In this document: in pieces, positions 38,237 to 48,404 of the stretch
Position numbering within the stretch: the first letter of the stretch is position 1
How the letters are laid out: each line of letters begins with the position of its first letter
Assembly: GCA_965116475.1 (NCBI GenBank)
Contig: OZ220691.1
Coordinates: forward strand, 1,216,001-1,280,000
Length of the DNA: 64,000 bases
Source: Gemmatimonadota bacterium
Lineage (GTDB): Bacteria > Gemmatimonadota > Gemmatimonadetes > Palauibacterales > Palauibacteraceae
Direction of reading: 5' to 3'
Program-made: the position numbers and the translations under genes
The notes under the pieces: model-generated
Database searches by the model: none
Seen by the model: only the letters and a program-made list of their open reading frames with translations
What the model was told of the DNA's origin: nothing

Positions 38237-41053
38237 TCAGTCCAGGCGCAGGGCGGTTCTGAGGAGCCTGCGCTGGCGGTGGACGTGTTTGCCGAAGTAG
38301 CCCTCCGCCGGGCTGGCGCGCTCCGGGCGGCCCACGTAGACCGGTTCGCGGCCGATGAGTGCTCGCAGGTGCGGGCGCATGAACGTCCAGGCGCCCATGT
38401 TCTCCGGCTCCTCCTGCACCCAGCAGATCTCCGCCTCGCGGGGATAGGGGGCCAGGGCCGCAGCCAGTTCCAGGGCCGGGAAGGGATACGGCTGTTCCAC
38501 GCGCAGGATCGGGATGTCGTGGGCCTCGGGAGCTTCCGCCAGCAGGTCGAAGTAGACCTTTCCGCTGCACACGATGACCCGGCTCACGCTCGACGGGTCG
38601 GCGCGGAAGTCGGGGTCCGGGAGGACGGGGCGAAAGGGGCCGCCGGTGAGGTCGCCGATGGACGAGCGGGCGCGCGGGTGGCGCAGCAGGCTCTTCGGCG
38701 TCATCACGATCAGGGGACGGCACGTGGCGCGCAGCGCCTGCCAGCGCACGGCGTGGAAGTACTGCGCGGGCGTCGTGCAGTTCACGACGCGGATGTTGCC
38801 TTCGGCGGCGAGTTGCAGGAAGCGCTCCAGCCGGGCGCTCGAGTGTTCCGGGCCCTGGCCCTCGTAGCCGTGGGGGAGGAGCAGGACGAGCCGCGACTCC
38901 AGACCCCACTTCGTGCGGCCCGACACGATGAACTGGTCGATGATCGCCTGCCCGACGTTGGCGAAATCGCCGAACTGCGCTTCCCACATCACGAGCGCGT
39001 TGGCGGCGATCGTGGAGAAGCCGTACTCGAAGCCGAGCGTGGCGATCTCGGACAGGGGGCTGTTGGCGATGCGGAACGCCGCCTGCCCCTCCTCGAGGTG
39101 GGCCATGGGCGTGTACGGACGCCCGTCCTCGGCGTCGTGCAGCACGAGGTGGCGGTGGCTGAACGTGCCGCGCTCGGTGTCCTCGCCGGTGAGACGCACG
39201 GGGACGCCCTCCGTGAGCAGGCCCGCCAGTGCGAGCGCCTCGGCATGCCCCCAGTCGATCCCGTCGTCCAGCGCCGCGCGACGCCGTTCCAGTTGCCGCC
39301 CGAGCTTGTGGAAGGGCTTGAAGTCGTCGGGCCAGCGGTGGACCGCCTCGTTGAGTTCCCGCAGCCGCGCCTCCGGAATGCCGGTCGGCCGCTCCGGCTC
39401 CGCCGGGTCCAGCAGCCGCTTCGGGTCCGGCGCCGCTCCCGTCTGTGCGTCCGCCTCCTTGTGCGCGGCGATCGCCCCCCTCGCCGCTTCGAGTTCCGCG
39501 TCCACATCCGCGACCATGGCGTCGACTTCGTCGTGGGAGAGAAGCCCCCGCTCGACGACGCTGTTCGCGAACTGCGCGCGCACCCTCGGGTGCGAGGCGA
39601 CCCGCTCGTACATCATGGGCTGGGTGTAGGAGGGTTCGTCCCCCTCGTTGTGCCCGTAGCGCCGGTAGCCCACGAGGTCGATGACCAGGTCTTCTCCGAA
39701 CTCGAACCGGTAGTCGACGGCGAGCCGCACCGCGGCCATGCACGCCTCGGGGTCGTCCGCGTTCACGTGCACGACGGGTAGCCGGAAGCCGAGCGCGAGG
39801 TCGCTCGCGTACCGGGTCGAGCGGCTGTCGCCGGGCAGGGTCGTGAAGCCCAGCTGGTTGTTGGTGATGATGTGGAGCGTGCCGCCCGTCTCGTAGGCGC
39901 GCAGCCGGCACAGGTTCAGCGTTTCCGCCACGACGCCCTGCCCCGCGAAGGAGGCGTCGCCGTGGATGAGGATGGGGAGGATGGCCGACGAGTCGGAGGC
40001 TTCGCCGGTGAAGCGGGCGGCCCGGGCCATGCCGAGGACGACGGGGTTCACGTGCTCGAGGTGGCTCGGGTTGGGGGCGAGCCGGACGTCCAGTTCCACT
40101 TCGTCCTCCGCGACCTGGGATCTGCCGCCCACGTGGTACTTGACGTCGCCGGATCCGTGCTCCGGGAGCGCGGTCATGATGCCGCGCGCGGCCTGTTCCT
40201 CGAACTCGGCCACGATCGACTCGTAGGAAAGCCCCATAACGTGGGCCAGCACATTCAGGCGCCCGCGGTGCGCCATCCCCAGGAACACCTGCCGCGCCCC
40301 GCGCCGCCCCGCGCTACCGATGATCCCCCGCAGCATGGGCACGAGCATGTCGAGGCCCTCGACGGAGAACCGCTTCTTCCCGAGGTAGGTGCGGTGCAGG
40401 AACGTCTCGAGCCCTTCCACGCGGGTCAGCCACTCGAGGCACGCCTTCGCCCGTTCGCGGCTCATGAGGAGCCGGTGGCGGTGCGACTCGATGTAGTCCA
40501 CGAGCCAGTCGCGCTGGGTCGGGTTCTCCATCTGGTCGAGTTCGTAGCCGATCGGGCCGCAGTAGATCTCCTCGAGGCGGTCCACGACCTCGGCCGCGTT
40601 GTCGCCCAGGTGCTTGAGCCAGACGGCGGAGGCGGGCACGCGCGCGAGTTCCTCGCGGCGGATGCCGTGGTATTCCGGTTCGAGCACCGGGTGCCTCGGA
40701 GGTTCGGAGCCGAGCGGGTCGATGCGCGCCCCCAGGTGTCCGTACGCGCGGTAGTCCTCGACGAGGGCCCCGGCGATGGCGGCAAGCCGCAGGTCCTCCG
40801 TCGCCACCACCTCCGCCTCGGCAGGCACAGGCAGGGGGACGGGAGGAGCCGCGGGAGGAGCCGCAGGAGGAACCGCTTCGACAGTTGCGTCTGCCGATGG
40901 ATCCCAACCCGCCAGCGGCGGCGGAATCACGCCCCGGTCGCGCAGCGTCCGTTCGACGAGCCCCTCGGCGTATCCCGCGTTATAACCGTCGGCGACCCAG
41001 CCGCGGTCGTCGGCCGAGCGGCTTCCGTCCTCGCTCACCCGGGAGTCGCTCAC
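38237..41053 (-). CDS. sucA: 2-oxoglutarate dehydrogenase E1
   Basis: GMAHRGRLNVL, GDVKYH, NPSHLE, HGDASFAGQG, GHNEGDEP, WEAQFGDFAN, GPEHSSARLERFLQL. Confidence 0.96.
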   Translation of the reverse strand: MSDSRVSEDGSRSADDRGWVADGYNAGYAEGLVERTLRDRGVIPPPLAGWDPSADATVEAVPPAAPPAAPPVPLPVPAEAEVVATEDLRLAAIAGALVEDYRAYGHLGARIDPLGSEPPRHPVLEPEYHGIRREELARVPASAVWLKHLGDNAAEVVDRLEEIYCGPIGYELDQMENPTQRDWLVDYIESHRHRLLMSRERAKACLEWLTRVEGLETFLHRTYLGKKRFSVEGLDMLVPMLRGIIGSAGRRGARQVFLGMAHRGRLNVLAHVMGLSYESIVAEFEEQAARGIMTALPEHGSGDVKYHVGGRSQVAEDEVELDVRLAPNPSHLEHVNPVVLGMARAARFTGEASDSSAILPILIHGDASFAGQGVVAETLNLCRLRAYETGGTLHIITNNQLGFTTLPGDSRSTRYASDLALGFRLPVVHVNADDPEACMAAVRLAVDYRFEFGEDLVIDLVGYRRYGHNEGDEPSYTQPMMYERVASHPRVRAQFANSVVERGLLSHDEVDAMVADVDAELEAARGAIAAHKEADAQTGAAPDPKRLLDPAEPERPTGIPEARLRELNEAVHRWPDDFKPFHKLGRQLERRRAALDDGIDWGHAEALALAGLLTEGVPVRLTGEDTERGTFSHRHLVLHDAEDGRPYTPMAHLEEGQAAFRIANSPLSEIATLGFEYGFSTIAANALVMWEAQFGDFANVGQAIIDQFIVSGRTKWGLESRLVLLLPHGYEGQGPEHSSARLERFLQLAAEGNIRVVNCTTPAQYFHAVRWQALRATCRPLIVMTPKSLLRHPRARSSIGDLTGGPFRPVLPDPDFRADPSSVSRVIVCSGKVYFDLLAEAPEAHDIPILRVEQPYPFPALELAAALAPYPREAEICWVQEEPENMGAWTFMRPHLRALIGREPVYVGRPERASPAEGYFGKHVHRQRRLLRTALRLD

Positions 41054-42004
41054 CTAGGGGTGACCGTGGCTGTGGCTGGAGCCGTGGCCGTGGCTGGGGC
41101 CGTGGCCGTGTTCGACGTTCCCGGCGCCCGCCGCGCCCGAAAGGCTGCGGTGCACGGTGTCGAGCCAGCGTTCCGTCGAGATGAACCCGGCGCCCCAGTC
41201 CGCCCACTCCTCGGCGACGCCCTCGCCCTGGATCTGTTCGCTGCTCAGCCCCGCTTCGATCTTGCCGCGGACCATCGCGATCGTCTCGGTGATCATGCGG
41301 TGGTACGTCCGCAGGTCGTCCACGGTGGAGAGCGGACCGTGCCCGGGGATGATCCGGATGTCGGCCGGCACGTTGGCCAGCACCTGCGAGATCCCGTTCG
41401 CGAGCCCCTCCACGTTCCCGCCACTGTCGATGTCGACGAAGGGGAAGCGGCCGGCGAAGAAGTCGTCTCCCATGTGGAGGACGTTCGAGCCCGTGAAATG
41501 GATGAGCGCGTCCCCGTCGGTGTGTCCGTGCGGGATGTGGAACGCCCGGATCTCCTCGCCGTTGAAGTGGATGGAGACGGCGTCGTCGAAGGTGACGACG
41601 GGCAGGGCCACGTCGGGCGATCCGCCCGCCTGGAGCCTCGTGCGCACGTTCGTGTGCGCGACGATCGTGGAGGCCTCCCCGAACTCGGCGTTGCCTCCCG
41701 TGTGGTCGCCGTGAAAATGCGTGTTGATGAGGAACTGCGGCTCCGCAGCCGCCTCCGACTGTCCCACTTCCCGCAGTGCGTCCCGGATCTTGTCCGCCAG
41801 CGGCGCGAACTGGTCGTCGACCATCACGACGCCGTCGGGGCCCGAGGACACGCCGATGTTGCCGCCGCTCCCGACCAGCATCCAGACGTTGCCGGCGACG
41901 TGCGTCGCCTCGATCTGGACGGCCGCGAAGTCACGCTGCGAGAATGCGGGGGTGGAGAAGAGACCCGCGCAAAGGGTCGCGAGAAAAAGCGATCGAACTT
42001 TCAT
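41054..42004 (-). CDS. Secreted MBL-fold metallo-hydrolase (cyclase-like) with His-rich tail
   Basis: Signal peptide; THFHGDHTGGN, GHTDGD, HMGD, IPGHG; tail HGHGPSHGHGSSHSHGHP. Confidence 0.9.
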   Translation of the reverse strand: MKVRSLFLATLCAGLFSTPAFSQRDFAAVQIEATHVAGNVWMLVGSGGNIGVSSGPDGVVMVDDQFAPLADKIRDALREVGQSEAAAEPQFLINTHFHGDHTGGNAEFGEASTIVAHTNVRTRLQAGGSPDVALPVVTFDDAVSIHFNGEEIRAFHIPHGHTDGDALIHFTGSNVLHMGDDFFAGRFPFVDIDSGGNVEGLANGISQVLANVPADIRIIPGHGPLSTVDDLRTYHRMITETIAMVRGKIEAGLSSEQIQGEGVAEEWADWGAGFISTERWLDTVHRSLSGAAGAGNVEHGHGPSHGHGSSHSHGHP

Positions 42005-42178
42005 GGAAAGAAACTCCTGAATACGGGCGCCGCGTGGCGCCGAACGCGTATCTCCGGGCACGTACCGCCGGGCGCCCGAAGATGGGGCAGGGCGCGGGCC
42101 AATGCCACCTTTGGCCGCCGCCGGCCGAAGCGCCGGAACTCTTGACCACCCGAGGATCCCCGAAGCACACTGCGCAAA

Positions 42179-42871
42179 ATGCGCAGCTATGTCGTTTTTC
42201 TCCTGCTCTTTTCGGTCAAGGTCGCGGCAAAGGCGCTCTGCCGGGTGCGGCTGGAGTGGCTCCGCGAAGCCGACGATCCCTGGGCGGGGCTGCGCGTGCT
42301 CGCCCTGCTCAACCACACGAGTCTCTTCGAACCGGTATTCCTCGCCGCGGTCCCCAGCCGCGTGCTGTGGCAACTCGCGACGCACGGCGTCGTGCCGCTC
42401 GCGGACAAGACCGCGGCCCGACCGATCCTGGGTCGGCTCTTCCTGCTCTTCGCCAAACACGTGGTGCCGGTGACGCGCGAGAAGGATGACACGTGGGAGG
42501 AAGTGCTCCGGCAGGTCCGGGATCCGGAGGCCGTACTCCTCATCCTGCCGGAAGGGCGGATGATGCGGCGCACGGGGCTGGACGTTCAGGGGAATCCCAT
42601 GACGATCCGCGGGGGAATCGCGGATATCCTCCGGGCGATGCCGGACGGTCGGCTGTTCATCGCCTACAGCGGCGGGCTTCATCACATCCAGGCCCCCGGG
42701 GAACGGTTCCCGCGACCCTTCCGGAGCGCCTGGCTGGGCGCCGAGGTCGTGGATATCGAGGAATACTGCGGAGAACTGGGCGGCACGGAGTGCGCGGAGA
42801 CCTTCAAGGTGGCCGTGATCGAGGACCTGACGCGCCGGCGCGACGCGTACTGCTACGGCAACCGGAAGTAA
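42179..42871 (+). CDS. Lysophospholipid acyltransferase-family protein
   Basis: NHTSLFE (Hx4E variant), LPEGR block. Confidence 0.75.
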   Translation: MRSYVVFLLLFSVKVAAKALCRVRLEWLREADDPWAGLRVLALLNHTSLFEPVFLAAVPSRVLWQLATHGVVPLADKTAARPILGRLFLLFAKHVVPVTREKDDTWEEVLRQVRDPEAVLLILPEGRMMRRTGLDVQGNPMTIRGGIADILRAMPDGRLFIAYSGGLHHIQAPGERFPRPFRSAWLGAEVVDIEEYCGELGGTECAETFKVAVIEDLTRRRDAYCYGNRK

Positions 42872-42888
42872 GCCGGAGGGGCGCCCCG

Positions 42889-44214
42889 TCAGTTGAAGCG
42901 GGCGCGCCTCCAGTCGCCCTCCCGGTCGAAGGTCCACGCATCCCCGTCGATCACGACGAACGAGATGCGGCGCGCGTTCCGGATGTCGGCAAGGGGGTTC
43001 GCCTCCAGGACGACGAAGTCGGCACGCTTCCCGATCTCGATCGTCCCCCGCTCGTGCAATTGGCCGAGCGCGATCGCGCCGTTCCTCGTGGCCATGCCGA
43101 GGACTTCGAGGGGCGGGATGCCGGCCGCCACGAGCAACTGCATCTCACTGTGGAAACCCTCACCCCACGGCGTCGTGCGCGGAGCGTCGGATCCCACGAG
43201 CAGGCGGACGCCGTGGCCGTGAAAAGTCCGGACCAGCGCCTCGGCCTTGGGCCACACCGCCTCGAGCGCCGTCCGGTCGTCGTTGGACAGCGGAGCGCAG
43301 GTGGCGACGCCGGCCGGACAATCGAGGGAGGCGGACGCGCTGGCGAGCATTGGCAGGAGGGCCGAGTCGTTCGAGAGGAGCGCGGTGACGGCGCGGTCGA
43401 CGTCGGGCCCCTGCGGCTCCAGCCGCTCGAGCCAGGCGACCTGGGCCGGAACCTGCCCCGCCTCGGCCAGCGCCTCGAAGGGTCCGCGTTCTCCCTCGGG
43501 AAGCAGCTCGGCGTCGCCGGAGACGAGCGGACCCGCGACGGTGGAGCCCGCACGGAGGGCCAGCAGCCACCCGCCATCGCGGCGATCGGCCCACAGCGGC
43601 ACTTCCGCGCGGCGCGCGGCCCGCGCGATCCCCACCAGCCACGACGGAGGCACGCCGGAAGCGACGGAGACGAAGCCGGCCCCATCCGCCGCCTGCCGCT
43701 CCACCTCCGCGACGGCGGCGGCTTCCGACTCCAGCGCGACGCCGCGCGTAGCGCTCCCGGCATCGAGGACGGGCCCGCCGACGTAGACGGAAGGAACGGG
43801 ATCATCGCCGAACCCTCCGCGGCCCCGCTCCTCGAAGGCGGCCAGGGATGTGGCTCCGTCGCGCACGCCCGTGATTCCGGCGGCCAGCAACGCGCGCAGT
43901 TCTTCCGTGGTTTGGGGCGAGGCGTGCGCATCGATGAACCCGGGCATGAGGTACGAGCCCGAGAGGTCCACGACGACGGTGCCCTCCGGGGCGGCCACGG
44001 AACCCTGGGCGCCGATGTCCCGGATTCGGCCGCCCCACACGAGGACGGCCGAGGAAGGCCTGGGCGGCCCGCCGCGGCCGTCGATCACGGTCACGTTGGT
44101 GAACAACTCGGATTGCGGCGTGATGAACGTGTCCTGGCCGACGCCCGCCAAACCGCCGGGGAGGCCCAGCCCCGCCAGGATCGCGGAGGCGGCGAGGCGC
44201 GGCCGGCGTCTCAT
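42889..44214 (-). CDS. Amidohydrolase-fold secreted protein with degenerate metal ligands
   Basis: NVTVIDG, LMPGFIDAHAS, GITGVRD, VGSDA, GKRADFVVL. Confidence 0.8.
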   Translation of the reverse strand: MRRRPRLAASAILAGLGLPGGLAGVGQDTFITPQSELFTNVTVIDGRGGPPRPSSAVLVWGGRIRDIGAQGSVAAPEGTVVVDLSGSYLMPGFIDAHASPQTTEELRALLAAGITGVRDGATSLAAFEERGRGGFGDDPVPSVYVGGPVLDAGSATRGVALESEAAAVAEVERQAADGAGFVSVASGVPPSWLVGIARAARRAEVPLWADRRDGGWLLALRAGSTVAGPLVSGDAELLPEGERGPFEALAEAGQVPAQVAWLERLEPQGPDVDRAVTALLSNDSALLPMLASASASLDCPAGVATCAPLSNDDRTALEAVWPKAEALVRTFHGHGVRLLVGSDAPRTTPWGEGFHSEMQLLVAAGIPPLEVLGMATRNGAIALGQLHERGTIEIGKRADFVVLEANPLADIRNARRISFVVIDGDAWTFDREGDWRRARFN

Positions 44215-44233
44215 CGTCGCGGCGCGTCGCAAC

Positions 44234-45358
44234 TCAGACGCCGTCCGCCGCTGGTCCATCCGCTGGTCCATCCGCCGGTCCATCCGCCGGTCCATCCGCG
44301 GACCGGATGAAGAGTTCCCGCTTCGGGTAGGGGATCTCCACGCCGGCCTCCGCGAAGGCGCGGAGCGCCCCCTCGCTGATGTCGTCCGCGATGCGCCGTC
44401 GCGCCCTCGCCTCCACGATCCAGACGCGCAGTTGGAGGTTGACCTCGGAGGGGCCGAAGCTGCGGGCGATGACGATCGGCGTGGGATCATCCTTGACCCC
44501 CTCGACGCCCAGGGCGATGTCCACCAGCAGCGACTTCGCCCGCTCGATGTCCGATTCGTACGCGACCGAGAAGGGGATGCGAAGCCGGATGTCCTGGCCG
44601 GACATCGTGTAGTTGACGATGTCGCGCAGCATGAGCTGACTGTTGGGGACGACGATGACGAGATTGTCGGGATTGCGGATCTTCGTGGCCCGGAGACCGA
44701 TCTCGATCACGTCGCCCCAGGACCCCGTCTCGTTGGGCGCGGTCCACAGTTCGATTCGGTCCCCGACCTGGAAGGGGCGATCGACGATGAGGAGCACTCC
44801 CGCGATCACGTTGGAGAGCGTGTCTTTGGCGGCGAGCGACAGGGCGAGACCCATGACGCCGGCCCCGGCGAGGAGAGGCGCGATGTTGATGCCCAGTTCC
44901 GCGAGCGCGAGGACGATGCCGAGGGCGATGACCGCGAAGCGGATCGCCTTGTTGATCATCGGGAGCGCCGTCTTGTCGAGCGGTGTCGACGTGCGCGAGA
45001 CGACCTCGGTTTCGAGCGCCGTCAGGAGATCTCCGATGAAGCGGCTCAACGGGAAGAAGAGGACGCCGATCCAGATCGCGTAGACCCACTGGGCCGCGGT
45101 CGCCAGAGTCCAGATGTCCAGCAGACGCCAGACCGCCCACGCCCCGCTCGACAGCAGCAGGGCCTGGCGGAGCAGCCGCACGGCCAGATCGTCGACCTGC
45201 GTCGCGGTTCGCGTGACCCACTGCTTCTGGGCACGGCCCAGGACCATCAGGGCCACGAGGTAGACGAGGCCGGCGACCACGATGTGGATCAGGCTGGGCA
45301 GCCAGCGCGGAGCCATGAAGGCGACCGCTTCGCTCCACAGTTGTGACAGTGTCTCCAT
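44234..45358 (-). CDS. MscS-family mechanosensitive channel
   Basis: GAGVMGLALSLAAKDTLSN, RPFQVGDRI, IGLRAT, VPNS, IPYP; C-terminal ADGP tandem repeat. Confidence 0.9.
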   Translation of the reverse strand: METLSQLWSEAVAFMAPRWLPSLIHIVVAGLVYLVALMVLGRAQKQWVTRTATQVDDLAVRLLRQALLLSSGAWAVWRLLDIWTLATAAQWVYAIWIGVLFFPLSRFIGDLLTALETEVVSRTSTPLDKTALPMINKAIRFAVIALGIVLALAELGINIAPLLAGAGVMGLALSLAAKDTLSNVIAGVLLIVDRPFQVGDRIELWTAPNETGSWGDVIEIGLRATKIRNPDNLVIVVPNSQLMLRDIVNYTMSGQDIRLRIPFSVAYESDIERAKSLLVDIALGVEGVKDDPTPIVIARSFGPSEVNLQLRVWIVEARARRRIADDISEGALRAFAEAGVEIPYPKRELFIRSADGPADGPADGPADGPAADGV

Positions 45359-45540
45359 CGGGCCTCGCCTCTCTCAAGCTATTGCAGCCACGCGCCGGGC
45401 TCTCGCACCCGCGGGGCACCTGCACCCCTGCGCGCGGGTGCCGCACGATGCCGCGCAGAATCGTATCGTAATGGTACCGTGGCAGCCTTCTTGCGGATAA
45501 CTTGGGGGATCGAGCGGCAGGAATCGAACCGGGAGCGGTG

Positions 45541-46104
45541 ATGTTGAACGGAAAGTTCGGAAATGCGGTTGTCGGAGCGGCCTTCCTCGGGTTGGCGATG
45601 CTCGTCAGCGCGTGCGCGCCGGAAGCAGCGGGGGAGAGCGGGCGCACGGCGGCCGCGGTCTCGTCAACGGCCGCGGCCTCGTCGACGGCCATGGTCGATG
45701 CGACGCTGGCCGCGACCATCGCGGAGACGCCGACGATCAAGGTCTACAAGTCTCCCACCTGCGGGTGCTGCGCCCTCTGGGTAGACCACATGCGGGAGGC
45801 GGGGTTCGAACTTGACGTCCTCGACGTGGACGATGCGGAACTGGTCCGCGTGAAGCTCGACGGGGACGTACCGCTGCGGATGCAGACCTGCCACACGGCG
45901 TTCGTGGGCGACTACGTGTTCGAGGGTCACATCCCCGCGGACGTCATCGCCCGGTTCCTCGCCGAGAAGCCCTCCGCGCGCGGACTCGCGGTGCCCGGGA
46001 TGCCGATCGGGTCCCCGGGCATGGAGTTCGGCGATCGCGTCGACCCGTACGACGTGATCCGCTTCGACGACGCCGGCAACACGTCGATCTACGAGAGCCG
46101 CTGA
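45541..46104 (+). CDS. DUF411 metal-binding lipoprotein
   Basis: LVSAC lipobox; KSPTCGCC, CHT, EGHIP, VPGMPIGSPGME. Confidence 0.88.
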   Translation: MLNGKFGNAVVGAAFLGLAMLVSACAPEAAGESGRTAAAVSSTAAASSTAMVDATLAATIAETPTIKVYKSPTCGCCALWVDHMREAGFELDVLDVDDAELVRVKLDGDVPLRMQTCHTAFVGDYVFEGHIPADVIARFLAEKPSARGLAVPGMPIGSPGMEFGDRVDPYDVIRFDDAGNTSIYESR

Positions 46105-46234
46105 CTGCCGTGATCCGATGGTCCCTTGACTACCGATCTCGAATCGTACTTTTTCGGGAAGGCAGGGCTGTCGGCGCGCGCAGGGGGGGCGGTAGCTTTT
46201 CCGCTGCGGCAGCCAGTCCCACCAACCATCTCGG

Positions 46235-47332
46235 ATGGCGGTGGTTTCCATGAGCTCCAGCGATGGTCACGGACACGATCATGACCACGATCATGGGCAT
46301 GATCACGACCACGCGCATGATCACGACGATGATCACGACCATGATCACCACCACCACGGGCATGATCACGACCACCATCACCACCACGGTATTTTCGGCG
46401 CCCACGATCATTCGGACGAACTGAGGAACGCCAGCAAGCGCGACCTGACGGTCGCCCTGCTGATCATCGCCAGCTTCATGTTCGTAGAGGTGGTCGGGGG
46501 CATCCTGTCCGGAAGTCTGGCGCTCATCGCCGACGCGGGGCACATGCTCACCGACGCGGCTTCCATCGGCCTCGCGCTGTTCGCCGTGCACTTCGCGACG
46601 CGTGCCGCCTCGGTGGAGCGCACGTTCGGCTACCACCGGCTTGAGATCCTCGCCGCCCTCATCAACGCCCTCACGCTGTGGCTGATCTCGGCCTGGGTGA
46701 TCTTCGAGGCGTACCACCGCTTCCAGGATATCCCGGAGGTCGAGGGCGGCCTGATGCTGATCGTGGGGACCCTCGGGCTGCTCGCCAATCTCGCCGCGGC
46801 CTGGGTGCTGCACCGGTCGGCGAAGCACAGCGTGAACGTCGAAGGCGCCCTGGCCCACGTGATCGCCGACATCCTCGGGTCGGTGGCAGTCATCGTGTCC
46901 GGCGTGCTCGTATGGGCCTTCGGCTGGTACATCTCGGATCCGATCCTCAGCGTCCTCATCGGGATACTGATCCTGCTCAGCACATGGCGCCTGCTGGCCA
47001 AGGTTGTACACGTGCTGCTCGAGGGGACGCCGGATCACGTCGACGTGTACAAGCTCTGCCACCAGATCGAGGATCTTGAGGGGGTCACGGTGATTCACGA
47101 TGTCCATGTGTGGACGCTCGCACCGGGCTACGACGCGCTCACGGCGCATGTCCTGGTGGATCCGGAGCACGGGGGCGATACGACGAAGCTCCTCGACAGG
47201 ATCCGGGAGATCGCCTACGACGACTTCAACCTGCAGCACGTCACGGTCCAGGTGGAGACCAGTGCCGCGCAGTGCAACGAAGACCACCACGTCGACCATT
47301 TGGTCGCAACGGCGCGACCTCACTCTCACTAG
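46235..47332 (+). CDS. Cation diffusion facilitator (CzcD/ZitB-like) with long His/Asp N-terminus
   Basis: (HD)n leader; SLALIADAGHMLTD, TFGYHRLE, HVIAD, HDVHVW. Confidence 0.93.
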   Translation: MAVVSMSSSDGHGHDHDHDHGHDHDHAHDHDDDHDHDHHHHGHDHDHHHHHGIFGAHDHSDELRNASKRDLTVALLIIASFMFVEVVGGILSGSLALIADAGHMLTDAASIGLALFAVHFATRAASVERTFGYHRLEILAALINALTLWLISAWVIFEAYHRFQDIPEVEGGLMLIVGTLGLLANLAAAWVLHRSAKHSVNVEGALAHVIADILGSVAVIVSGVLVWAFGWYISDPILSVLIGILILLSTWRLLAKVVHVLLEGTPDHVDVYKLCHQIEDLEGVTVIHDVHVWTLAPGYDALTAHVLVDPEHGGDTTKLLDRIREIAYDDFNLQHVTVQVETSAAQCNEDHHVDHLVATARPHSH

Positions 47333-47347
47333 TCAAGGAGAACGCAA

Positions 47348-47671
47348 ATGGGCGGCCACGACCACAACTGCGAGGGTCACGACAGCAGCCATAAGCACGG
47401 TGACGGTTGCGGCCACGAAGCCGTGGAGCATGATGGCCATACGGACTACGTCGTCGATGGCCACCTGCACCATGTGCACGGAGATCACTGCGACGACCAC
47501 GGCCCGGCCGAGGGTCATGGCCACGATTGCGATGGGCACGCCAGCGACCACACGCACGGCGACGGCTGCGGCCACGAGGCCGTGGAGCACGATGGCCACA
47601 CGGATTATGTCGTCGATGGCCGCTTGCACCACGTGCACGCCGGGCACTGCGACGATCACGGTCCGGCTTAG
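47348..47671 (+). CDS. His/Cys-rich small metal-binding protein with internal duplication
   Basis: AAGGAG RBS; two copies of HxHGDGCGHEAVEHDGHTDYVVDG.LHHVH..HCDDHGPA; 27 His and 6 Cys in 107 aa. Confidence 0.85.
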   Translation: MGGHDHNCEGHDSSHKHGDGCGHEAVEHDGHTDYVVDGHLHHVHGDHCDDHGPAEGHGHDCDGHASDHTHGDGCGHEAVEHDGHTDYVVDGRLHHVHAGHCDDHGPA

Positions 47672-47782
47672 CGGTCCGTCAGCTTTTTTCGGGAGCAGCC
47701 GTCGGCCGGGGTCGGAGGCGGCTCCTCCCGATCCACCTCCGCCGCGAGCTTCCGGCGCGGGACGCCACCTGACAGGTTCTGA

Positions 47783-48382
47783 ATGACCCCGTTCATCCTT
47801 GCGCTGTTGGCGCCGGTTGCCGGAGTGCTTCTTTACGTCTGGCTACACAACCGCCCTCACACCATGCGGATGATCGACACGATCGTCTTCGTGGCGCTGC
47901 CGCTGCTGGTCGCGTGGCAAATCTTCCCGCACGTCTGGCTGGAACGTCAGATCACGCCCCTCCTCGCCGTGATCGCGGGGGGCGGCGTCCTCTATCTCAT
48001 CGAGAAGATCTCCCACAGAATGGCGCAGCACACGGACAACCTCACGATTCTACTTGGCGTGGCGTCGATGGTGCTGCACGCGTTGCTGGAGGGCGGCGCC
48101 CTGACGCCCGCCCTGGCGAGCACTCCTTTCGCCTTCGCCGTCATCGTGCATCGGGTCGCCGTGGGGCTGCTCATCTGGTGGCTGCTCGAGCCTCGGCATG
48201 GTGTCATCGTGGCCATTGGCGGGGTCGGCGCCATCCTCCTGGCGACGATGATCGGCTTCGCGGCGGGGACGGAGATACTCCCGGATGAGCACGCGGCCAT
48301 CGAACTCTACCAGGCCTTTATCGCGGGGTCTCTGCTACACGTCGTGTTTCACCAGGGGCGCCACGACCACGTTCACGACTAG
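47783..48382 (+). CDS. ZIP-like membrane protein
   Basis: Multi-TM; HALLEG and VHR at positions analogous to ZIP TM4/TM5; GSLLHVVFH. Confidence 0.6.
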   Translation: MTPFILALLAPVAGVLLYVWLHNRPHTMRMIDTIVFVALPLLVAWQIFPHVWLERQITPLLAVIAGGGVLYLIEKISHRMAQHTDNLTILLGVASMVLHALLEGGALTPALASTPFAFAVIVHRVAVGLLIWWLLEPRHGVIVAIGGVGAILLATMIGFAAGTEILPDEHAAIELYQAFIAGSLLHVVFHQGRHDHVHD

Positions 48383-48404
48383 CAGGCCCGGCCGCCGGGC
48401 CGGC

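Noticed and set aside
44243..44300. 12-nt tandem repeats
   Set aside because: In-frame low-complexity ADGP tail of MscS
46260..46390. CAYGAY microsatellite-like run
   Set aside because: Encodes the His/Asp leader of the CDF transporter
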